Shown: positions 18,286-27,423, numbered from the stretch's first letter. The stretch: DNA of 64,000 nucleotides from Vulcanimicrobiota bacterium (GCA_963786105.1 CAWAXX010000023.1:64001-128000), one strand, 5' to 3'. Translations and numbers: made by a program. Notes: generated by a model not told the origin, from the sequence alone.

Positions 18286-18851
18286 GCCTGAAAGTATCCG
18301 ATGATGAGGAAGACGATTCCGGCCAGGCTGATGGCGCACCCGACGGTGAGGAAGGCACGGTTTCGCACCAGCGTCGAGATCGAAACGAGCACGATCGCGA
18401 TATCGAAGAACGTCGTGGCCAGCTGGAGCGTTTCGTAGGATTTTAAGACCTTCTCCGACAGAAGGTCGTCGTCTTCGGAGGCTGCCTCGAGCGACTGCGC
18501 CTTGGCAAGGACGCCCGGCGACGTTTTGCGCTCGCGGTTCGCGAGCGCGGTCAACGCTTGCCGCGCCTCGGGCGTCCGTGCAATGTCCGATGCAATGAGG
18601 GTTTGGGCCACTTGGTAACGGACTTGCTTCGCTTCGTACTTGCTGTAGGCGTCCGACGCGCGTGCCTGCGAAAGAATTGCCTGGTTTTTCGTGGTCAGCG
18701 CCGAGATCGAACGGTGATGCGCGAACAGCGTGCCCAGCGCCGCCAGGACGGCGACGATCGCGATGACGACCGACGTAATCCGGTCGCCACGTACGGCCGC
18801 GCCCCGCACCTCGTCGGCCTCAGCCAAGGTTCTGTGAACGTTCTCCGACAC
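18282..18851 (-). CDS. DUF4337-like membrane protein
   Basis: AIVAVLAAL...QARASDAYSKYEAK...FDIAIVLVSIS pattern; GTG start. Confidence 0.75.
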   Translation of the reverse strand: MSENVHRTLAEADEVRGAAVRGDRITSVVIAIVAVLAALGTLFAHHRSISALTTKNQAILSQARASDAYSKYEAKQVRYQVAQTLIASDIARTPEARQALTALANRERKTSPGVLAKAQSLEAASEDDDLLSEKVLKSYETLQLATTFFDIAIVLVSISTLVRNRAFLTVGCAISLAGIVFLIIGYFQA

Positions 18852-18861
18852 GAGCGATCCC

Positions 18862-20154
18862 TCAGTCCTTTCGAGTGACGATCGCATCGACGCGTGCGAG
18901 ACCGTCGGCGACATCGGTTCCCGGTGCGACGGCCGTCTCCATCGTCCTGCGTGGATCGAGTGAGAAACTTGCCAGCCGATAATCGTCAAACGTTCCCGCG
19001 ATAACGGTGCCATCGGGATCGACGACGAACGCACGCCTCGCACGGTCGTCGAAAACGACGACGTACATGCGCAGCTCCAGCGCGCGGGCACGGGCGATCG
19101 GCTCGATCCAGGCCGGCTCCGCGCCGGCCGTCCAAACGGCTAACGCGTAGCCCGCGCGGCGATAACCTACGAGACCGGCTGGATCCGACATTTCCGTATC
19201 GCCGACGTTGGCGGTCGGAATCGCGCGGTCGAGCGCGGCTAAGCGTGCGTCGTCGAAGGGCGCGAGTGCGTACGCGTCATCGAGCACGGTCAACCGTCCA
19301 TCGATATCGGACGGCAACGGGTCGGCAGAGATGGCGATACGCAGCGGCGCTTGGCTCGAGTTGCGGCGCGCTGCGGGCGAGACGAGCGCGGAGCAGCGAT
19401 GCGAACGCGCGGGGCCAACGTCGACGGCGATCTCGAGCGTTTGCGGCCGGCCTTCGGCGGCGATGGCAAGTATCTGGCCGGCTGCGTTGACTATTTGGCT
19501 CTTGCCGCAATACGCGACCATGCTCAGCTCCGCACCGCATTTGTTCGCGGCCACGAAAACGACGCCGTTTTCGTGCGCTCTGACGCGTCCCAGCAAGTCT
19601 GCCTGTACGTTTTCCAGGGCTTGAGGATCCCTTCCGGTTGTGACCCAAGCGGTGGGCATGACGAGCATCTGCGCGCCTCGGTCGACGAGCGCGCGCGCGA
19701 TGGTCGGAATGCGGCCGTCGGCGCAAATCAAGACGCCGAGTTTTCCGACCGCCGTATCGATGGGTGCGATCCGATCGCCCGGTTCGAACCACTGCCGGTC
19801 GAAGTGCCAGAGAAAAACCTTGTCTGCACGCCCGGCAGTCGAGCCGTCGGCGTCGATCACTACTGCCGAATTATGTAGAAATTCTCCCGAACGCATCGCC
19901 GCGCCGGCCACGATCACCGTGCTGGTTTCGCGCGCCAGCTTGCGGAGCTGCCCGAGCGCTCCGTCGACAGCCGCCTCATCGATTTCGGCGTTGCCAAGTA
20001 CGTAGCTGGGAAACGTTCCTTCGGGAAACACCACCAGATCGGCGGTTTGCGAGGCTCGGCTCGCCGTGGCGACAATCGAGTCGAGCGATCCTTGAAAGTC
20101 GTACCGGTCGTGTGCGCGTAATTGTACTGCAGCTATGCGGATCGAGCGAGCCAT
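18862..20154 (-). CDS. Carbon-nitrogen hydrolase (nitrilase superfamily) with C-terminal extension
   Basis: E-K-C triad: VFPEG, DKVFLW, LICADG; RAHENG. Confidence 0.9.
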   Translation of the reverse strand: MARSIRIAAVQLRAHDRYDFQGSLDSIVATASRASQTADLVVFPEGTFPSYVLGNAEIDEAAVDGALGQLRKLARETSTVIVAGAAMRSGEFLHNSAVVIDADGSTAGRADKVFLWHFDRQWFEPGDRIAPIDTAVGKLGVLICADGRIPTIARALVDRGAQMLVMPTAWVTTGRDPQALENVQADLLGRVRAHENGVVFVAANKCGAELSMVAYCGKSQIVNAAGQILAIAAEGRPQTLEIAVDVGPARSHRCSALVSPAARRNSSQAPLRIAISADPLPSDIDGRLTVLDDAYALAPFDDARLAALDRAIPTANVGDTEMSDPAGLVGYRRAGYALAVWTAGAEPAWIEPIARARALELRMYVVVFDDRARRAFVVDPDGTVIAGTFDDYRLASFSLDPRRTMETAVAPGTDVADGLARVDAIVTRKD

Positions 20155-20277
20155 TAACGTCACCAGGTTCGCTCCGGCCGCACGAACGCCCCTGCGCATC
20201 GGGAAGGCGGATGCGCGGGCGGCGGGAAACGTTTATAGCTCATGCGCGTTAGTAACTCTAAAGGAGAATTATCGCAC

Positions 20278-21108
20278 GTGAGACGTACGCTATTCGTGTC
20301 GCTGATGGCGCTGACGATTGGAAGCGCGTTCCGCCTACCTACAGCTACGGCCGCCGCGGCGGCCGCAACGGCAGCCGCAACGCCCGCCGCAACGGGTTCG
20401 CCGTCGAAAAAGGATCCTTGCGGCGATATGAAGAGCAAATGGGCTCACTTTCAGTGCCAGCAATACAACGCTTCGGCGCCGGGCGACGAGTATTTCGGCC
20501 GTATGAAGATCAGCTACCTCGGAATCGACAATACGTTCAAAGACGGTTCCATTAGCGCGGGTGCGTACACGACCGACCCGCGCATCATCGCGAAGCTGCA
20601 ATTCGCCGATGAGGCGCTGCAGCGATGGGCGACGAAATATCCGAACGATCCGGAGCTGGCGCGGTCGTATTTCCTCGGCGTGCAAGTTTTCCGTAAGGTT
20701 TACACGCAGCCGGGACAAGAAACGGCCTGGCGGTACATTCAGATCCTCATCAGCAAATATCCAAAGACCTATTTCGGGAAAAACGTCAAAGCTTCGGTGG
20801 CGAACGGGTACACCGAACACTGGTTTGCATTGCCGACGTTATGTCCGACGCCGTTGCCCAAAGGCGTGATGCCTGAGAAGACCCCGAGCGCGACCGCTTC
20901 GCCCTCGCCCGCTCCCGGTCAGCCGGCCATAGACGTGATCACCCCGCCGTGCGTGCAGCCGTCGCCGCTGGAGACGCCTTCGAGCTCACCGTCACCAGCG
21001 TCAAAGGGCCGGTCGACGCCGTCACCGACGTCCCCGCCGATCTCCGCACCCGTTGAGATTCCAACGTTGATTCCGGGACCATCGCCCCGCCCGTCACATC
21101 ATCCGTAA
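20278..21108 (+). CDS. Hypothetical exported protein with Pro/Ser/Thr-rich tail
   Basis: AAGGAG RBS and GTG start, signal peptide, helical core (APGDEYFGRMK...KYPNDP...KYPKT), low-complexity C-terminus. Confidence 0.75.
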   Translation: MRRTLFVSLMALTIGSAFRLPTATAAAAAATAAATPAATGSPSKKDPCGDMKSKWAHFQCQQYNASAPGDEYFGRMKISYLGIDNTFKDGSISAGAYTTDPRIIAKLQFADEALQRWATKYPNDPELARSYFLGVQVFRKVYTQPGQETAWRYIQILISKYPKTYFGKNVKASVANGYTEHWFALPTLCPTPLPKGVMPEKTPSATASPSPAPGQPAIDVITPPCVQPSPLETPSSSPSPASKGRSTPSPTSPPISAPVEIPTLIPGPSPRPSHHP

Positions 21109-21111
21109 CGC

Positions 21112-21213
21112 AGGAAGGTCGGATTTATTCCAGATCGAGAAGTCGAAGGTCGAGGTTTACTGTGGTAAATGAGACCTGAGACGACGATGAGATGGGTTAA
21201 ATCCAGCCTTCCT
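21112..21213 (+). ncRNA. Candidate structured RNA: rod-like hairpin with periodic tandem G-A mismatches
   Basis: AGGAAGG/CCTTCCT and GGATTTA/TAAATCC closing stems; inner CCA-GA-TC/GA-GA-TGG, GTC-GA-AGGTC/GACCT-GA-GAC, GTTTAC/GTAAAT; directly upstream of a terminator. Confidence 0.5.
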
Positions 21214-21222
21214 ACTAACGTG

Positions 21223-21257
21223 AAAACCCCCGGTCGGTTTAAGACCGGGGGTTTTTT
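21223..21257. terminator. Bidirectional rho-independent terminator
   Basis: aaaa-cccccggtc-loop-gaccggggg-tttttt between convergent genes. Confidence 0.9.
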
Positions 21258-21277
21258 GTATTCGGACTAGACTAAAG

Positions 21278-22564
21278 TTAGAACTTAATGCCGAGACCGA
21301 TATACGGACCGCTCTCTGCGAACGGTGCGGGTGCGCCTTCTTGCGCCCAGCCCTTGTCGCCGAGGAAGCCGCCTTCGATGAAGAGCGGAACTCCCTGGAA
21401 CGAGTAGACTACGCCGAGATCGTACTTCAGGATGTCGTACGACAAGATAAACGGACCGGTCGGGCACACATCCGTGCCGCACGTTCCCTTCACCGACGGA
21501 TAGTAGTACGCGCTCCCGTAGAACGAGAACGGATGGTTGAGGTCGGGCAGCTTCTCAAGGCCGAACCCGACGTTGTTGATTGCCGGATATCCGGCGTTAT
21601 TCGAACGCCACAGGTAGCCCACGCCGATGTAGATGCGCGGTTGCAGAATGCGAAGGCCGAAACGCGCGTCTAGGTCGTAATCGCGCATGGTGAACGACGG
21701 AACGAACGTTTGGAACTGTCCGCCGATCGCCGTGACGTTTCCGCTGGGATGCTGGTAGTTGTACTGACGATAGTCACCTTCGACCATCCACGGCAGATTG
21801 AAGAGGTCGAACTCCACCGCACCGTGGAGACGGTACGAGAAGCCGTTGCAGCTGTTGCATGCCGTAGTGCCGGGGCTGAACTCGTTGTAGACCTTCGGCG
21901 AGATGATGTAGTCACCCGCGACGTAGATGTCGTGATACGGGGTCGGCATCGGCGTTGGAGTCGGAGTCGGCGGCGGCGGCGGCGGCGGCGGAGCCGGCGG
22001 CGGCGGCGTCGCGGGATTGTAGCGCACGACGACGAGTTGGCGGTCGGCCACCCACAGCACGTACGCTCCCATGCCTTCCGAAATTACGCGGATCGGCACG
22101 AGCACGTTGCCTTGATAGATGATTGGCGGCACGTCCAGCGGACGCGATTCGCCATTGATGATAACTTCCGGTTTACCGACGGTCACTTTGACCTCGGCTC
22201 CGGCTTTACCGACCGTCACGGTCTTGCTGCTCGCGTCGTACGACACGGTAGCGCCCATCTGCTCGAACATCGAGCGGAGCGGAATCAGGAGCGTGCCGCC
22301 GCGAACGAGCGCGGCGAGAACGCGGGCCTGCTTCAGAACATCGGGCTTGGTATAGACGTGGTGGTCATTGTAGAGAATCGGGATCTGACCCGACGGCGGG
22401 GATCCGAAATTCGCCGGCGGAGCAGCCATGGCCGGGCCCTGATCCTGCGCGATCGCGTTGGTTCCAATGTTGCCATGCGACGCTTGGGTTTGGGCCGCGA
22501 CCGCGTTGAGCCCAAGGCCGGCTGCCATCAGCAGGGCCAGAGCTCCGGTGCTCAGTCGCTTCAA
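21278..22564 (-). CDS. Copper amine oxidase N-terminal (stalk) domain protein with polyproline linker and probable outer-membrane beta-barrel
   Basis: AGGAGG RBS and TTG start, signal peptide, LLIPLRSMFEQMGATVSYD and VLVPIRVISEGMGA stalk motifs, alternating aromatic strands ending YIGLGIKF. Confidence 0.85.
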   Translation of the reverse strand: MKRLSTGALALLMAAGLGLNAVAAQTQASHGNIGTNAIAQDQGPAMAAPPANFGSPPSGQIPILYNDHHVYTKPDVLKQARVLAALVRGGTLLIPLRSMFEQMGATVSYDASSKTVTVGKAGAEVKVTVGKPEVIINGESRPLDVPPIIYQGNVLVPIRVISEGMGAYVLWVADRQLVVVRYNPATPPPPAPPPPPPPPTPTPTPMPTPYHDIYVAGDYIISPKVYNEFSPGTTACNSCNGFSYRLHGAVEFDLFNLPWMVEGDYRQYNYQHPSGNVTAIGGQFQTFVPSFTMRDYDLDARFGLRILQPRIYIGVGYLWRSNNAGYPAINNVGFGLEKLPDLNHPFSFYGSAYYYPSVKGTCGTDVCPTGPFILSYDILKYDLGVVYSFQGVPLFIEGGFLGDKGWAQEGAPAPFAESGPYIGLGIKF

Positions 22565-22602
22565 TGTGTCCTCCTAGCTAGCTAGTTAATGAGACCTTAG
22601 CT

Positions 22603-22730
22603 GTGCCCCGGCGTGCTTCCAAAGGCTCCTGGCCGGGGGCAGTCCTGCCTCCTCTTTTCGGGAACAACCGTTTGCCCCCCCTGCAGCACGAGCCGGGGGA
22701 GGCGGGAGAGGGGGGCGGTCCCCCCTACCC
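22603..22730 (-). promoter_or_regulatory. Structured GC-rich leader upstream of the stalk/beta-barrel gene
   Basis: Minus strand long-range pairing CCCCGGC/GCCGGGG, GTGCT/AGCAC, GGGCA/TGCCC around a GAAA-containing hairpin. Confidence 0.4.
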
Positions 22731-22735
22731 TATCG

Positions 22736-23131
22736 TTATGTAAGCTTTTCTTCAAGCTTTGCGAGGAACTTGGCGCGGCCGATGATGTAGCGTTCGTGCG
22801 TCCCCTCGGCCACTGCTTCGCGCTCGTCGAACACTTGCACGGCAAAACTGACGCGCGGCCCGTCGATCATCACGACCTCTACCTCGGTGCGCACGATGAA
22901 TCCGACGGGGACCGGCTTGTGGTGCTCCAGGTCGATGTGCGTTCCTAGGGTAATCTGGTCGCCATCCAAAGCCGGATCGATACAATGGATGGCGGCGTTC
23001 TCCACTAGCTGGACCAATACCGAAGTGGATAGGACATCGACGCCCCTATTACCGGCCTTTTCGGCAGTCATCCATTCTTCGACGCGATTCTGGAGGCTGT
23101 AAGAGCGGCCGATGTCGAGTTTCGCGCTCAT
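22736..23131 (-). CDS. Thioesterase, FlK-like hotdog fold
   Basis: VLSTSVLVQLVENAA, TLGTHIDLEHHKP, EGTHERYII. Confidence 0.88.
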   Translation of the reverse strand: MSAKLDIGRSYSLQNRVEEWMTAEKAGNRGVDVLSTSVLVQLVENAAIHCIDPALDGDQITLGTHIDLEHHKPVPVGFIVRTEVEVVMIDGPRVSFAVQVFDEREAVAEGTHERYIIGRAKFLAKLEEKLT

Positions 23132-23302
23132 GCCCCGAGAAAGTACGCCCTGCAGACGACGACCTCATTCCTGGGTTGTGTGAGTGTCGGCAGAACGACA
23201 GGCTCCCTAGGGGAAAGCCAAGGTTTCGACCGCTACGCTATGAATCAAATGCCAGCCGACGGCGTATATCTCGGTGTAGCGCTCAACTAAAGTAGGAGAA
23301 AC

Positions 23303-24562
23303 ATGCAGTATCAACGGCTGGCGATCGCCGTGCTCGCGGCGTCGCTCGCGCTCGACGCCTGCGGAGGGAAGGGTGGGCCAAAAGGCCCGGCGCCGCTGAG
23401 CGTGGACGTAGGGTCCGCCACGCGCCAAAACATCGCGACGTACCTGACGCTCGACGGGCAAATCGCGCCGAAGGAACAGTCGACGCTTGCCTTTCAGCAG
23501 AGCGGTACGGTCATAAAAGTCGGCGTGAATATCGGCGACGTGGCGCGCAAAGGCGCATTACTCGCACAGATCGACCCGTCGACGCTGTCGGCGCAGCTTT
23601 CTCAGGCGCAGGCGCAGGCCTCCCAGCAATCCGCTTCGGCGCAAGGTGCGGTCGTCGGCCTGCCCGTCCAAGTTCAATCGAACAATGCGGCCGTGCAAAC
23701 GGCCAAGGCCGCGCTCGACAATGCGAAGCTCGTGTACGAGCAAAACAAGCAGCTTTTCAAACAGGGGTACGTTTCGCAGACGGCGTTGCAGCAATCGCAA
23801 GCGTCGTACGTGCAGGCGCAATCGACCTATTCGAACTCGGTGGTCGCCCTGCGCAACAACGTCGTCAGTGCGGAGAACGTCAAGGCTCAACTCGCGGGAG
23901 CGCAGGCCGCGGCGGCACAGGCGCACGTCTTGTCAACCCAGCTCTCGCAAACGGAACTGTACGCGCCGTTCGACGGCGTTATTTCGAATCGTCTGCTCGA
24001 TCCGGGAGCCTACGCTAGCCCGCAACAGCCGGTTCTGACGATTTCGCGGATCGACATCGTATGGATCAATATCAACGTTCCAGACGAGGATCTCGCCTAC
24101 GTCCGGCCCGGCACGTTCGTCAAGTTCCGCACTTCATCGCTGGCGAACCGCGAGTTCGACGGGCGGATCCAAACCGTCAACGCCGTACCCACGTCCGGAA
24201 CGCTTTCGTATCTCGCCCGCTTGCAAATGGTCAATCCGGGAGACATCTTACGGGGCGGCATGCTGATCAGCGCGACGTTGCCCAAACAGCAGGCGAATAA
24301 CGCCATCGTCGTGCCGCGCAGCGCCGTGGCCCAGACGGAGAGCGGCGCGATCGTGTACGTCGTCAACGGCGACAAAGCCGAGGCCGTGCCGGTGAAGCTC
24401 GGCGTGGAAACCGATACGCTCGCGCAAGTGACCAGTCCGAAAGTGCAGCCCGGAACGAAGGTCGTCACCACGCGGCCCGATGCGCTCAAAGACGGCAGCG
24501 TCGTCGCCGTGAACGGCACGCCCGCGCCGAGTCCGAGCGCCGCCGGAAGTGCGTCGCACTGA
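23303..24562 (+). CDS. Efflux periplasmic adaptor (membrane fusion) lipoprotein
   Basis: Lipobox LDAC, SGTV..V.V..GD, coiled coil, APFDGVI, VVPRSAV. Confidence 0.92.
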   Translation: MQYQRLAIAVLAASLALDACGGKGGPKGPAPLSVDVGSATRQNIATYLTLDGQIAPKEQSTLAFQQSGTVIKVGVNIGDVARKGALLAQIDPSTLSAQLSQAQAQASQQSASAQGAVVGLPVQVQSNNAAVQTAKAALDNAKLVYEQNKQLFKQGYVSQTALQQSQASYVQAQSTYSNSVVALRNNVVSAENVKAQLAGAQAAAAQAHVLSTQLSQTELYAPFDGVISNRLLDPGAYASPQQPVLTISRIDIVWININVPDEDLAYVRPGTFVKFRTSSLANREFDGRIQTVNAVPTSGTLSYLARLQMVNPGDILRGGMLISATLPKQQANNAIVVPRSAVAQTESGAIVYVVNGDKAEAVPVKLGVETDTLAQVTSPKVQPGTKVVTTRPDALKDGSVVAVNGTPAPSPSAAGSASH

Positions 24563-26037
24563 TGAAATCGACGTTCGGCCGGTTTTTCACCGCGGCGATA
24601 GCGCTGAGCCTCTTTACGCCCACCGCGGGATTCGCGCAAGGGACGCCTGGTTCGCAGATCATCATGCCGACACCCCAACCGATGCCTACGGCGGGCGGCA
24701 CGCCGCTGCCGTATCCGGCGTACGGGACGCCGGCACCCGACGTCGCGCACATGAAGCAGAAAAAGGGAGTTCCGACTAGCGTCTCGTTACAGCAAGCGAC
24801 GAAAATTGGGGTCGCTCTTTCTCCGGTCTTTGCCTCGCAAAATGCCCAGTGGGCGGCGATTCATGCGAAGTACAGCGCCGAGAAACAAGCCCTCTATCCC
24901 GCCGTTAGCGGCAATGCAACCATCGGTAAGGCCTATCAAAACGGCAACGTCCAGCTCAGTACCGCGTTTCCGAGCGCGACGCCGGGTTCCGGCATCGCCG
25001 CCAACAGCACGACCTCTTCCGAGACGGCGTCGATTACTATTCAACAACTGATCTTCGACGGCGGCCGCACCATCGCCGCAATTCATTCCGCCAAGTCCGC
25101 CGATTATGCCGGCCGCGGCACGCTGCTGCGCAACCTTGAAACGCTCGCACTCAACGTTGCAAACGCCTACTACGCCGTGCTCCAGGACAACGCCACGGTC
25201 GTTGCCGACGCCCAACTCGTCAAAGAGTTCGAAGTCAACGAGCACTCGGTCGTCGCGCAGATCCGCAACGGCGCTGCGGCCCGCTCGGACCTCGCGGGCG
25301 CCCAGTTTCAAACCGCGCAAGCGCGCGGCAACCTGGTCACCGCCCAAGGACAGGCGATTGCCGCGCAGGCGACGTTCGCCACGACGATAGGTCTCGACGC
25401 GGATGCCGAAGTGGTACCGAAGCCGCTCGAAGCGCAAGCGCCGGCTCCCAATCCGGCCTACGAAGTGTCCCTCACGCGCGCGTTCGCATTGCGACCCGAC
25501 TACATCGCCGCCCAGTACACGGTCGAGTCCGATAAGGAAGGTTTGCGCTACGCGAAACTTGCGCGATTTCCAATCTTGAGCGCCGGCGTTACCGACGAAG
25601 TGAGTCGCAACTTTGCGTTGTTCACGAACAACTTCTTGAACAGCAAGACGATCGGACTGAACCTGGCGATTCCGATCTACGACCAAGGCCAGACGAACTA
25701 CAACGTGGCCGTAGCGGCGGCCACGCTCGATCAAGCCGTCGCAGCTCTCGATCAAAGCAGACTCCAGGTCGAGTCCGACGTCCGCTCCTCACTTGCCAAT
25801 CTGATTTCCGCCCGCTCGCTGCTGGTGCAGACCAACGCCGAGTTAACCGCCGCGAAGGTGTCGCTCGACGCAACTCAAGCGCAGTACAAAGTCGGCGCGA
25901 CGACGATCATCAACGTGGTCACCGCCGAGGCGAACCTCTCCACCGCGCAATCCGATCAGATCCACGCGCTTTACGGCGTCCAAAACGCGCAGCAAAACTA
26001 TTTGTACGCCACCGGCGTGAGCGACTTGCAGCTCTAA
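24562..26037 (+). CDS. TolC-family outer membrane efflux protein
   Basis: QLIFDGG, VANAYYAVL, PIYDQG, YKVGATT repeats. Confidence 0.9.
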   Translation: MKSTFGRFFTAAIALSLFTPTAGFAQGTPGSQIIMPTPQPMPTAGGTPLPYPAYGTPAPDVAHMKQKKGVPTSVSLQQATKIGVALSPVFASQNAQWAAIHAKYSAEKQALYPAVSGNATIGKAYQNGNVQLSTAFPSATPGSGIAANSTTSSETASITIQQLIFDGGRTIAAIHSAKSADYAGRGTLLRNLETLALNVANAYYAVLQDNATVVADAQLVKEFEVNEHSVVAQIRNGAAARSDLAGAQFQTAQARGNLVTAQGQAIAAQATFATTIGLDADAEVVPKPLEAQAPAPNPAYEVSLTRAFALRPDYIAAQYTVESDKEGLRYAKLARFPILSAGVTDEVSRNFALFTNNFLNSKTIGLNLAIPIYDQGQTNYNVAVAAATLDQAVAALDQSRLQVESDVRSSLANLISARSLLVQTNAELTAAKVSLDATQAQYKVGATTIINVVTAEANLSTAQSDQIHALYGVQNAQQNYLYATGVSDLQL

Positions 26038-26058
26038 CGATGACGCAGGCGGATGGGC

Positions 26059-26178
26059 CTGGGTGTTTAAAAGGCGCTCCGCCCCAGGCTCCGCGCCCCC
26101 CACTTCGTGGGGCCCCCGACCATGGGGCACTTAAACAACTCGCCTTTGCAACATGCCCCTAGGGCGCCCCAAACAAAC
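26059..26178. repeat. Palindromic MITE-like interspersed repeat, family A, copy 2
   Basis: Homologous to 1361-1482. Imperfect terminal inverted repeat tgttNNaaaggcg/cgcctttNNaaca, internal ccccac-ttc-gtgggg hairpin, CTAG at the right end. Confidence 0.75.
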
Positions 26179-26256
26179 TTTTGCGCCGTCGTTCGACTCG
26201 CACAGGGACTTCGGCTTACAGGGTGCGTCAGCAACGAAGATAAAGCAGAGCCATTG

Positions 26257-27423
26257 ATGGCTTCTAGCGCTTCGGCCGTGCCGGCGGCGGTTTCCGACCC
26301 GATCAACTCGGCGATTTTGGCCGTGTCGGAAGATCGCCTTAGCGGGTTTCAACCCGACCCGTTCGGCGAGATCGCCGCGCGTTCGGGAATCGGGGTGGAC
26401 GTCGTTCTGGAACGCGTCGTTGCGATGCTGCGCGCCGGGACGATCCGGCGCGTGCGGCAAACGGTCATGTCGACGAACCTGGCGCGCGGAGCGCTCGTTG
26501 CGTGGCAAGTGAGCGAAGACCGGCTCGACGCAGCGTTCGATTTCATGTTCGGCACGGATCCGTTCTCAGGTCACGTCGTCGTTCGTTCGACCGATGCGAC
26601 GTCGCCCGGCAGCACCTACCGGTTGTGGACGACGCTGAAGGTTCCCCAAGGATTTTCGTTACGCAAACATGCCGAACTCTTGTGCCGCGAGGTCGGTGCG
26701 GAACGCTTCAGACTGATGCCGGCGAAGATGCTCTTTACGCTTGGGGTCGGCCACGTACGGCGGCGCGGTCTCGAACCCGGCGCGCGTTCGCCCCAACGCG
26801 GCGAGCCGCAGCATACCGAGTTCGTCGAGTTGACGGACCTCGAGTGGCGAGTTCTGGTGGCGCTCAAACGCGAGTTTGCGCCCGGCGAACTGGTTCGCGA
26901 CGTATGGCGAGCGCGGGCCGGTGAGGCGGGAGTCGACTTCGCGACGTTCGCCGGCGTTGCGAGGCAACTCAACCAGCGTGGCGTGATCGGCCGCTTCTCG
27001 ACGTTTCTGGAGCACGTCAAGGCGACCGCAAACGACGAACGGGTTACGCGATATAACGCGCTGTTTCATTGGGCCGTACCGCCGGGTTGCGAGATGGATG
27101 CCGGCTGCGAAGTGGCCAGACACTACGTGATCACGCACGCGTACTGGCGTGAAGGCGGCCCGGAGTTCCACGACGTCAACGTCATGGCGGTCGCACACGG
27201 CACTGAGAAAACCGCGGTACTGGCGCACAAAGCGGCGATCGACGAACACCTGCGCGAGGCCGGCATCGGCTTTGGTTACACGAACGTCTTTTGGGGCGGA
27301 CGCAGCGAGATCAAACCGTCGGAGATTGCGCCGAGCGCCTATCGCGAGTTTTGCCGCAGCCGCGGTATCGATCCCGAAACCATGCTCGTCGAAAGCGGCG
27401 AGGAAGGAGCTTTGTCTGAGTAA
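26257..27423 (+). CDS. Lrp/AsnC-like protein, fused siroheme decarboxylase (AhbA-AhbB/NirDL)-like
   Basis: Two tandem wHTH/AsnC units (PFGEIAARSG...GTIRR; GVIGRFSTF), GALVAWQV/NALFHWAV, THAYWR (HxYxR-type) and VMAVAHG motifs. Confidence 0.65.
   Translation: MASSASAVPAAVSDPINSAILAVSEDRLSGFQPDPFGEIAARSGIGVDVVLERVVAMLRAGTIRRVRQTVMSTNLARGALVAWQVSEDRLDAAFDFMFGTDPFSGHVVVRSTDATSPGSTYRLWTTLKVPQGFSLRKHAELLCREVGAERFRLMPAKMLFTLGVGHVRRRGLEPGARSPQRGEPQHTEFVELTDLEWRVLVALKREFAPGELVRDVWRARAGEAGVDFATFAGVARQLNQRGVIGRFSTFLEHVKATANDERVTRYNALFHWAVPPGCEMDAGCEVARHYVITHAYWREGGPEFHDVNVMAVAHGTEKTAVLAHKAAIDEHLREAGIGFGYTNVFWGGRSEIKPSEIAPSAYREFCRSRGIDPETMLVESGEEGALSE

Noticed and set aside
21105..21215. Integron attC or dif site reading of the hairpin (GTTAAAT present)
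   Set aside because: The partner end is ATTTATT rather than RYYYAAC, there is no XerC arm, and no integrase or cassette array is present.
22620..22690. Canonical c-di-GMP-I riboswitch
   Set aside because: Only GGGCAAAC, GAAA and GGAC fragments match; the conserved junction and receptor are missing. Kept only as an unassigned structured leader.
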